NCBI GenBank assembly: GCA_040753215.1
Contig: JBFMEZ010000013.1
Location: forward strand, 69,199-133,198
Direction of reading: 5' to 3'
Source of the DNA: Candidatus Micrarchaeota archaeon
Lineage (GTDB): Archaea > Micrarchaeota > Micrarchaeia > Anstonellales > Bilamarchaeaceae
DNA length: 64,000 nt
The translations under genes and the position numbers were made by a program. Each line of letters opens with the position of its first letter. Positions within the stretch are counted from its first letter, which is position 1. The notes beneath the pieces are model-generated. The model did not search any database. It saw only the letters and a list, made by a program, of their open reading frames with translations, and had not been told where the DNA came from. Below, in pieces: positions 10,000 to 17,421 of the stretch.

Positions 10000-10248
10000 A
10001 TGACAAGTGAGATAAATGTGACTTTTCGTAATGTCGATAGGGATGTTCTGCAGGATTTCAGGGCAGAGGCGGTAAGGGAAAACAGAACATTCGGGCAGGC
10101 GCTGGCCGAAGCCCTTCTTCTATGGCTGCAGCACAGAAGGATGGCCCGCAAAAAGAAAATGAAGCTCTCTGCTTCGAAACCTCTCGACTTCGGCCCCGGC
10201 ACGGAGCGGCTGAGCGAAAGGGCAGACGAGATTCTTTACGGCCGGTGA
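10000..10248 (+). CDS. VapB-type antitoxin
   Basis: Small RHH-like ORF ending LSERADEILYG, overlapping the PIN gene. Confidence 0.75.
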   Translation: MTSEINVTFRNVDRDVLQDFRAEAVRENRTFGQALAEALLLWLQHRRMARKKKMKLSASKPLDFGPGTERLSERADEILYGR

Positions 10249-10646
10249 TTGGCATCTCCGTGCTCCTGGACACCTCTTTTCTGGTTGCCTATTATGACAA
10301 AAGGGACCAGAACCATCCAGCTGCAGTCCGGCTGGTCGGAGAGCTCGAAACAGGGAAGTTTGGCAGGCTCATAATTTCAGAGTATGTTTTTGACGAACTG
10401 ATGACAATCCTGAAAAAATTTGTGGGAAAAGCAAAGGCTGCTGAAAAGGGCAGGGACATCCTGAACTCGCTTGATTTCCTCCAGGCGGATTCCAAAGTGT
10501 TCCAGCTTGGCTGGGAGCTTTTCAAAAAATCCGAGGGATTGAGTTTCACCGACTGCTATCTGGTCGCTGCGATGAAACACTACAACATTGAGTATCTGGC
10601 TACCTTTGATTCCGGATTTCATGGCATTGTGAAGGTTTTGCGGTAG
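10245..10646 (+). CDS. vapC: VapC PIN-domain toxin
   Basis: LLDTSFLVA, VFDE, LSFTDC, LATFDSGF. Confidence 0.9.
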   Translation: MIGISVLLDTSFLVAYYDKRDQNHPAAVRLVGELETGKFGRLIISEYVFDELMTILKKFVGKAKAAEKGRDILNSLDFLQADSKVFQLGWELFKKSEGLSFTDCYLVAAMKHYNIEYLATFDSGFHGIVKVLR

Positions 10647-10725
10647 AATCGCACCACAATTCCGGATCCGCTTTTTATGCATCTCTTGCGAAAAGCCTTT
10701 ATAATATCTCCGAAGAAATGCCTCC

Positions 10726-11871
10726 GTGAAACTCGTCTTTGATGGAAAAGAAATATATGCAGAAGACGCGGAGAACGTAAGCTCCCTGGCAAAAGGGTTC
10801 TTCGGGAAGATAAAAGGAGGAAAGGTTTTCCTCTCCCCGGGGGAGGCCCTTTACCTTATGGACAACCGCAACGCGGAGTGCGCAAGCCCGGGCGGAAGAC
10901 CCATCCGATTCAATTCCCTTGCCTCCTCCTTTTCCAAATCGCCCAAGCTCCTCGCCCGCTACCTGGTTTTGAAGGACTGGAGGGAGCGCGGCCTCATCGC
11001 CCGCGATGCAAAGGAAATACTGGGAAAATTCAGCCGCTCCGCAGCGGTAAGCTATCCGAGCTCGCCCTTCCCTCTTCCCCCCGTCTCACTCAGCGGCGTC
11101 TTCTTCCCTGAGGATATGCTCACAACAATAGATTCCCCCGAAGGGAAAAAACTCTATGAGGAAGGATGGTTCGGCCAGTTCGGCACATACAAGGCGGCTC
11201 ACAAGGGAAAAATCACAAAGCTGGACGCATTCGAAACCCTTTATCTCCTAAAGAAAGGCATCCTCGCAGTCCCGGATTCCAGTTTCAAGAAAATACTCTC
11301 CCATGCTGAAAGGCGAATCCATTTCTTCCAGGAGATGTATGAAGTATATGAAGACTGGAGGGAGAAGGGCTTCGTGGTAAAGACCGGGTTCAAGTTCGGC
11401 TCCCATTTCCGCATATATTTCCCAGGCGCCTCGCCGGTGAAGGGCGGGGAATGGGCCCACTCAAAGCACGTCCTCCATGTATTTCCGAGGAAGAGCAAGC
11501 TCCTCATCTCCGAGTGGTCCCGCGCAATACGCCTCGCCCATTCCGTGAAGAAGACGTTCATACTCGCGGTTCCCGGAAAGAAAGCAAAGCCCATCCGGAT
11601 CTGCGACTTCGCCCTCTACCACAGGAAGGGCGCGGAATGCGAAACCCCCAAATCCGGAGAGCCGTCCTTCCTCGCCCTCGCCCTCACCGAGGACGAATAC
11701 CTGGGGGGGATAGAGTTCGCCCAGGCCCTGGAGGAGTGCGCGGAGCGCGGCCTCGAGCTGGTAATCGCAATCGCGGACCGCGAAACCTCCGTAACGTATT
11801 ACTTAATAAAGAAAGTAAATCTTCCCGGAAGCAGATTCGACTATTTCGAAATCCGGTGGCTCAACCCCTAG
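10726..11871 (+). CDS. endA: tRNA splicing endonuclease, three-unit epsilon2-like
   Basis: 381 aa with duplicated EndA units; catalytic unit KTGFKFGSHFRIYFPG..AHSKH..AHSVKK keeps the Tyr/His/Lys triad. Confidence 0.9.
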   Translation: MKLVFDGKEIYAEDAENVSSLAKGFFGKIKGGKVFLSPGEALYLMDNRNAECASPGGRPIRFNSLASSFSKSPKLLARYLVLKDWRERGLIARDAKEILGKFSRSAAVSYPSSPFPLPPVSLSGVFFPEDMLTTIDSPEGKKLYEEGWFGQFGTYKAAHKGKITKLDAFETLYLLKKGILAVPDSSFKKILSHAERRIHFFQEMYEVYEDWREKGFVVKTGFKFGSHFRIYFPGASPVKGGEWAHSKHVLHVFPRKSKLLISEWSRAIRLAHSVKKTFILAVPGKKAKPIRICDFALYHRKGAECETPKSGEPSFLALALTEDEYLGGIEFAQALEECAERGLELVIAIADRETSVTYYLIKKVNLPGSRFDYFEIRWLNP

Positions 11872-11914
11872 CTTTTTAAATCTTTTAACCATATAGAAGC
11901 ACGCAGGTGTTCAA

Positions 11915-12178
11915 ATGGCAAAGTACAGCTTGGCGAGGCAGCTTACTGGAAAGAAAGTAATCACGAATGAAGGCGAGGAATTCGGCAAGCTCGTTGATGT
12001 AAACATAAACGAGATTACCGGGAAGATCGAGGAGCTCGTCGTGGACCCGAGCCCGGACAAGGCGAACCTCGAGGGCCTCAAGGATGAGGAGGGCTTCATA
12101 CTCTGCCCCTACGATTCCGTCCTCGCGGTGGGCGACTTCATCATCGTCGAGAAGAGGTCTCTCGGCGGCCAATCCTGA
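11915..12178 (+). CDS. PRC-barrel domain protein
   Basis: LTGKKVITNEGEEFGKLVDV..PYDSVLAVGDFIIV. Confidence 0.88.
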   Translation: MAKYSLARQLTGKKVITNEGEEFGKLVDVNINEITGKIEELVVDPSPDKANLEGLKDEEGFILCPYDSVLAVGDFIIVEKRSLGGQS

Positions 12179-12254
12179 GTTTTTTATTCATCTCCGCTTC
12201 TCCCCGCTGATTTTCCATTCCCGGCGCAAGCAGCAGTCAGTTTTCAGTATCCGG

Positions 12255-12308
12255 TCAAACCAAACCCCCGCTTTCGCGCCTCATTTTGGCTCTGGAGGTT
12301 TGGTTTGA
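12255..12308. repeat. ~50-bp hairpin element; relatives at 13616-13666 and 45027-45067
   Basis: tcaaaccaaacc...gctctggaggtttggtttga. Confidence 0.7.
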
Positions 12309-12832
12309 GTTCCCGGTTTCCGGAAACTTGGCCTGCGCACCCGGCATCTATCTAAAAATTCCCTGGAAATTTTTATTCTTGGATTTCCAACCCGTTTCCC
12401 TTCTTTTGTGTAGAATTTGGCTTTGTTTATGTTTCGGAGCATTATCCTGAGTGTCTCTTCAGTCGTCTGTTTTCTTTCCTTCCCTGCCTGCAATGCCTTC
12501 CGGATTCCGAATTTCCCGACCGCCTCAAGGAGATTCGCATCGCTCACCAGTTTTTCTTCTACCGATTCCGGCTTTGTGGTATGGCGATACAATGCCCGTA
12601 GATAGGATTTGGGGAATCCCATGCGCAGGATTTGCTGTTTATGTTTCTGCACGTAACCCTTCAGCCCATGGAAATAAATCAGAAACCATAGCTTGCCATC
12701 ATCGATTCTGGAGTAGCCTTTCCTCAGCCTTGCGACCTTTGCCCTTATCCGTAGGATATGGCTGAAATTATGCATGCTGTCCTTTTTCCTGTAAAGCGGC
12801 TCTACGAACCTTATGATTTCCTTTGTCCGCAT
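12281..12832 (-). CDS. HD-domain-like protein
   Basis: DSMHNFSHILR, YFHG, VSDANLLEAVGKFG resemble the HD fold with degenerate residues. Confidence 0.6.
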   Translation of the reverse strand: MRTKEIIRFVEPLYRKKDSMHNFSHILRIRAKVARLRKGYSRIDDGKLWFLIYFHGLKGYVQKHKQQILRMGFPKSYLRALYRHTTKPESVEEKLVSDANLLEAVGKFGIRKALQAGKERKQTTEETLRIMLRNINKAKFYTKEGKRVGNPRIKISREFLDRCRVRRPSFRKPGTQTKPPEPK

Positions 12833-12833
12833 G

Positions 12834-13190
12834 CTATTTGCCTTCCGCCTTTTCAAGCTCAGAAAGCATTTTGCTTATCTGTGGCTTTACCCTGAGTATT
12901 TCTTCGGTGGCAACCTTCCAGACAATCTGCTCGTCAATCCCGAAATACTCGTGGATGAGCTTATCGCGCATCCCCGCCATCTTCTTCCATGGAACATCCG
13001 GGTATTGCTTCTGCAAGGATGCGGGAACTTTCTTTGACGCTTCGCCTATTATCTCAAGGCTGCGCACGACAGCATTTATTGTTTTCCTGTCGTCCATGAA
13101 ACCAGCCAGGGATAAGCGAGAAGTGAAGTTTTCTATGTCCTTTATCGACTCAAGAATGTCCTGCAGGTAATCCAGGTATTCCCTCTTCAT
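12834..13190 (-). CDS. HEPN (DUF86/HepT) toxin
   Basis: LEIIGEA, PWKKMAGMRDKLIHEYFGID (RX4HXY). Confidence 0.92.
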   Translation of the reverse strand: MKREYLDYLQDILESIKDIENFTSRLSLAGFMDDRKTINAVVRSLEIIGEASKKVPASLQKQYPDVPWKKMAGMRDKLIHEYFGIDEQIVWKVATEEILRVKPQISKMLSELEKAEGK

Positions 13191-13489
13191 ATGTAAACCG
13201 CCTCCTGCAGTATGTGGCGGCCTATGCGGGGCTTCAGCGCCCTCTTTGAAACGAGGTCCACTTCAACTCCGACCAGCTTCTCGAGGTATTCCTCAAGGTC
13301 CATGAAATGAAAAAGCCCAACCGGCTCGCGGAATTCCACCAGCACGTCCAGGTCGCTCTTTTTCTTCTGCTTCCCCCGGACATAGGACCCGAATAGCCCA
13401 AGGGACTTGACCTTGAAGCGGTCCTGCATCTCTTTCTTGTGGCCGGAGAGTATCCGCACAAACTCTTCGAGTTTTTTCAATTCCTTCAC
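13187..13489 (-). CDS. Minimal nucleotidyltransferase (MntA) antitoxin
   Basis: FGSYVRG..SDLDVLVEF (GSX10DXD); GTG start at 13489. Confidence 0.9.
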   Translation of the reverse strand: MKELKKLEEFVRILSGHKKEMQDRFKVKSLGLFGSYVRGKQKKKSDLDVLVEFREPVGLFHFMDLEEYLEKLVGVEVDLVSKRALKPRIGRHILQEAVYI

Positions 13490-13513
13490 CAGTAGGAGTA
13501 TCCGGCTGCTTAT

Positions 13514-14849
13514 GTGAACTACCACCGGTCAAAGACCGGTGGCTTCCTGCTTCGTAGAAGATACTTGCCCATTATGTTTATAATAGGTAGAGGCCTCCTC
13601 TTGACAGGCATAACTAAACCGAACCTCCGCTCTTTCCGTCCCACTTCTGCTCTGGAGGTTCGGTTTACTTCCCGCAGTTCCTGCGGTAGCTCTTCTCAGC
13701 ATATTTATCGCCGCGTTGAGGTCGCGGTGCATGGATGCCCCACATCCGCACTTGTGCCATCTCTCTGCAAGCGATTTCTTCTGCACTGAACCGCAGCTGC
13801 TGCACCCACTCGAAGTGTTGGCAGGCTCCACAAGCACGACTTCGCAACCAGCTTCCTCCGCTTTGTAACAAAGCATGCTTGAGAATTCCGCCCAGCCACA
13901 GTCCAGTGCACTTTTTGCAATGAAGCCTTTTGCCAAGTCTGAAACGTCCAGGTCCTCCATCGCAATAAAGGAATATTTATCCACGAGCTGGCGGGAAAGT
14001 TTGTGCAGGAAATCCCTTCTCCTGTTTGCCAGCTTTTCGTGGGCCAGCGCAACCCTGAGCTTCGCTTTTCTTCTGTTCTTGCCCCCTTTCTTTTTTCTGG
14101 AAAGGAAACGCTGCGTCCTCTTCAGTTTCTCCTCCGCATGTTTCAGGTGCCTCGGGTTTTCCACCACTGTTCCATCGCTGAGGCATGCGAAATGTTCAAT
14201 TCCAAGGTCTATGCCGGCAGGCAAAATATCTTTCTTAGGAACAGGTTTCTTTTCTATTTCCGAAGTGAAAATGGCAAACCACTTCCCTGAAGGCATCCTC
14301 TTTATCGTGAGGGTCTTTATTTTTCCTGCAATTTCCCTGTGCTTTTTGATTTGGATTTCACCTATGCCTGAAAGCTCAAGGCGCTTATTAAGCTTGAAGC
14401 CGAACTGCGGGTAAGTGAAGGATTTCATCCTTTCCATCGATTTGAACCTTGGAAAACCTGCCTTCATGCCCGCCTTCCTTTTGAGAACCATTCCCCTGAT
14501 GCATTTTGCAAGCCTGTCTGCAACGTTCTGCGCAACCTGGGAGAATAATGGCGTTCCTTTTGTCTGCAAATAGAGCTGCTGGCGCGTTGGAAATTTTCCT
14601 GTTTCCTTATAATATTTTTTTATGTATTCTAGAAGGGAATTCCACAGCTCCTTGCACTCATGGAGGCATTCGCCCATTTGCTTTTCCTGGGTTTTGGAAG
14701 GATAGAGCCGGAACTTCCATGAGCGCCTCATATGCGGCTTTGGCACGAAGGCGGTTTATAAGTATTTCCCTGGCGTATTTCCGGTGATTCCAGTAATCAT
14801 TTATGGAGATTTTTGTATCCACTGGTCCGAGACCAGTGGAATTAAGGCC
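13514..14849 (-). mobile_element. IS200/IS605-family tnpB-only (IS1341-like) element
   Basis: Matching subterminal hairpins ccaccggtcaaagaccggtgg (~13522-13542) and ccactggtccgagaccagtgg (~14819-14839). Right end ...GTAGTTCAC at 13514; TTTAA precedes the inferred left end. No tnpA in the window. Confidence 0.8.
13529..14746 (-). CDS. tnpB: RNA-guided endonuclease TnpB
   Basis: N-terminal KFRLYP HTH; RuvC GIDLG, MEDL and HRDLNAAIN intact; Zn finger CSSC/CGC. Confidence 0.95.
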   Translation of the reverse strand: MPKPHMRRSWKFRLYPSKTQEKQMGECLHECKELWNSLLEYIKKYYKETGKFPTRQQLYLQTKGTPLFSQVAQNVADRLAKCIRGMVLKRKAGMKAGFPRFKSMERMKSFTYPQFGFKLNKRLELSGIGEIQIKKHREIAGKIKTLTIKRMPSGKWFAIFTSEIEKKPVPKKDILPAGIDLGIEHFACLSDGTVVENPRHLKHAEEKLKRTQRFLSRKKKGGKNRRKAKLRVALAHEKLANRRRDFLHKLSRQLVDKYSFIAMEDLDVSDLAKGFIAKSALDCGWAEFSSMLCYKAEEAGCEVVLVEPANTSSGCSSCGSVQKKSLAERWHKCGCGASMHRDLNAAINMLRRATAGTAGSKPNLQSRSGTERAEVRFSYACQEEASTYYKHNGQVSSTKQEATGL

Positions 14850-14948
14850 TTAAAAATCTGACTGGGGAGGAACCCGGAGGCGGGAAACCCGAAACAGGAA
14901 ACTGGCTGCCGGCGCAATCACTATAAACCTTAAGAGAGATGCACCCCC

Positions 14949-15604
14949 ATGGGGAACCTGGTTGCAGGGGTCGATGAAGCTGGCAGAGTTCTGTAAAACG
15001 GACTGCAAGCAGCGTCATCGGCCCGTTAGTCGTATCCTGCGCCACCTGCAGCAGGGACAAGCAGCGCCTTCTCAGGAAGTTCGCTTCAAAGGATTCCAAG
15101 CAGCTCACGCCCCGCCAGAGGGAAGAGATACTCGCCGAGCTCAGGAAGTTCTGCAATTTCCTCTACGCAGAAATCAGCGCATCCGGGCTGAACCAGATGA
15201 TGAGGAAAGAGTCCCTGAACGACATAGAAGCAAAGGCAATGGCAGACCTCATAAGGAAATCCGGGGACTGCGACGTGATGATAGACATGCCCGACCGCTA
15301 CTCCTGGACGTTCAGGAAAAGGATGGAGAAGTTCGGGGTGAAGAGGTTCGAGGCGGAGCACAAGGCGGACGAGAAGCACCCAATAGTCGCCGCCGCCTCA
15401 ATATGCGCCAAAGTTATGAGGGACGAAAAAGTGGCTGAGATACGCGCGTCCACCTGCGATTTCGGCAGCGGCTACCCGAGCGATGAGAAAACCCGCGAAG
15501 CGCTCCGCGACAGGGAGGCGCTCGCCCTGCTCAGGCCCCACATACGCGAGCGCTGGAAGACGCTTGAGACCGTCAAGCAGAGGAAGCTATTTGAGCACGA
15601 ATAA
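14949..15604 (+). CDS. rnhB: Ribonuclease HII, interrupted by a 20-nt BHB intron; join(14949..14988,15009..15604), 211 aa
   Basis: Spliced translation MGNLVAGVDEAGRGSVIGPLVV..FKDSKQL..AEHKADEKHPIVAAASICAKVMRD..DFGSGYPSDEKT. The unspliced frame stops at TAA 14994-14996. Confidence 0.92.
14989..15008 (+). other. Predicted bulge-helix-bulge intron in rnhB mRNA
   Basis: GCTG GCAG AG|T TCTGT AAA ACGGA CTGC AA|G CAGC: perfect 4-bp central helix, two 3-nt bulges, flanking helices. Confidence 0.88.
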
Positions 15605-16183
15605 TATTCTCTGCAGGAAAGTAAGGATTGAGAGAAAAGCCATTGCTGCGAACAGGACCCACGCATAAGCAAACCCGAGCAGAAGCAGCAGCACGAACGC
15701 CATTAACAATGCGCCGCGCTCGCCCCTCTCCAGTATCCCGGGCATCCTGTCCGCCTCTTCTTTTGGGAGCACTCCCTGGTAGTTCGCATACGCCTTCACG
15801 AATGCGGTCATGCACGTGCCGAAGAACAGAACGATTATTATCCAGAAATAATCCGGAAAAATAGGCATCCCCAGAGGCACGGACAACAGCGAAAGAAGCA
15901 AAAAGAACTCCACCAGCCTGTCCGAAACCCCGTCCAAAAAGCCGCCTATTCTGCTCACTTCCCCCCTCGCCCGCGCAACCGCCCCGTCCACCGCATCCAG
16001 AACAAATGCAAAGATGAAAGCACCGAACCCGTACCAATAAGTTCCCGAATAGAAAAGTGAGAATCCGGCAACCGCAAACAATACCGCAAGGACAGTAATC
16101 TTATTCGGGCTGAGCGGCATCCAGCCCAGGTATCTGCTTAATGAAGAAGAAATCCCGCTTGACGCGCCGGTTGATTTGAGCAT
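15587..16183 (-). CDS. CDP-alcohol phosphatidyltransferase (probable archaetidylinositol phosphate synthase)
   Basis: PNKIT, DAVDGAVARA..GGFLDGVSDR; adjacent to inositol-phosphate synthase. Confidence 0.88.
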   Translation of the reverse strand: MLKSTGASSGISSSLSRYLGWMPLSPNKITVLAVLFAVAGFSLFYSGTYWYGFGAFIFAFVLDAVDGAVARARGEVSRIGGFLDGVSDRLVEFFLLLSLLSVPLGMPIFPDYFWIIIVLFFGTCMTAFVKAYANYQGVLPKEEADRMPGILERGERGALLMAFVLLLLLGFAYAWVLFAAMAFLSILTFLQRILFVLK

Positions 16184-16207
16184 CCTGCCTCAGCCTCCAG
16201 CAGCCGT

Positions 16208-17302
16208 TCAATCCTTCCCCTTCCCTTCTATAAATGCATTAATCGCATCCCTCGCCTCCGCATCCCCATATTGCACCGGAGGGTGCTTCATCAGGTAGGC
16301 GCTCGCGGAATTAATCGCGCCGCCCAATCCACGGTCCAGCGCAACCTGGCAGCACCTTATCGCTTCTATGGTTGTCCCGCCACTATTTGCCTTGTCATCC
16401 ACGTCCAGCCGCATCTCTAAATTGTAAGGCACGTCCGCAAACATCCTGCCTTCCAATCTTATGAATGCCAGCTTCCTGTTCCCCAAAAAAGGGATAAAGT
16501 CCGAAGGCCCCACATAAATCCTCTCGTCCGGCAATCTTTTTTTGAGCTGGCTCTGCACAGCTTCTGTTTTGGAAATCTTCTTGCTCTCCAGCCTCTCGCG
16601 CTCCAGCATGTTAAGGAAATCAGCGTTCCCCCCAACATTTATCTGATAAGTCCTGTCAATATCCACTCCCCTGTCCACGCACAATTTCGCCATCACCCTG
16701 TGCACAATCGTGGAGCCCAGCTGGGATTTTATGTCGTCCCCGACCACAGGCAGCTTCCTCTCCGCAAACCTCTTCGCCCACTTCCCGTCGCTCGCAATGA
16801 ACACCGGCATATTATTTACAAAAGCGCACCCAGCTTCCAGCGCAACATCCGCCCAGAACTCCGTCGCCCTCTGCGACCCCACGGGCAGATAGTTGAGAAG
16901 TATGCGCGCCCCGCTCCTCCCAATCTCCCCAATCGCTTCTTCCTTCAGCTCCCCTTCACTTTTTGTGGATTTCACGGGCACAATCCTGTTCTGCATATAC
17001 AGCCCAATCCCGTCCAGCACGGGCGACTCATGCACAATCCCGGAGCAGTTGGAAACCGAATCCACCCACCTGACCTCGTTCGGCTCCGCATACAATGCCT
17101 CCGCGAGCGGCTTCCCAACCTTGTTCTCCGCCACATCAAAGGAGCACACGAACTCTATATCATGGATGGAATACCCTCCAATCTTATCATGCATTATCCC
17201 AACCACTTCCCGCCCAGGGTTCCTCTTATAGTATTCTATCCCCTGCGCAAGCCCGGCGAAGCAGTTCCCAACCCCCACAACCCCGACTTTTATCTTTCCC
17301 AT
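16208..17302 (-). CDS. ino1: myo-inositol-1-phosphate synthase
   Basis: GVGNC, NYLPVGS, GDDIKSQLG, NVGGNADFLNM, SKKISKT, DDKANSGG, YLMKHPP. Confidence 0.95.
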   Translation of the reverse strand: MGKIKVGVVGVGNCFAGLAQGIEYYKRNPGREVVGIMHDKIGGYSIHDIEFVCSFDVAENKVGKPLAEALYAEPNEVRWVDSVSNCSGIVHESPVLDGIGLYMQNRIVPVKSTKSEGELKEEAIGEIGRSGARILLNYLPVGSQRATEFWADVALEAGCAFVNNMPVFIASDGKWAKRFAERKLPVVGDDIKSQLGSTIVHRVMAKLCVDRGVDIDRTYQINVGGNADFLNMLERERLESKKISKTEAVQSQLKKRLPDERIYVGPSDFIPFLGNRKLAFIRLEGRMFADVPYNLEMRLDVDDKANSGGTTIEAIRCCQVALDRGLGGAINSASAYLMKHPPVQYGDAEARDAINAFIEGKGKD

Positions 17303-17421
17303 ATGCGGCACCTCACTAACTAATATCCGTTAATATATAAATGGACATTAATTAAAAACCTTCCGAACGCATGCGAACGCTTTATAAATATCCGAAAGCG
17401 TAAATATCCTGGTGCAGCCAG

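Noticed and set aside
13613..13669. The tnpB insert and the in-frame GTTTCC inserts as further BHB introns
   Set aside because: I could not form a 4-bp central helix with two 3-nt bulges at their junctions, and they keep the reading frame.
14989..15008. rnhB as a simple frameshifted pseudogene or programmed frameshift
   Set aside because: No slippery site or duplicated target is present, the rest of the gene is intact, and the insert boundaries match BHB cleavage positions exactly.
14962..15438. 158-aa ORF overlapping rnhB, and the 135-aa ORF at 15197 as a complete gene
   Set aside because: The first is an off-frame shadow. The second is only the downstream part of exon 2 and lacks the catalytic DEAGRG motif.
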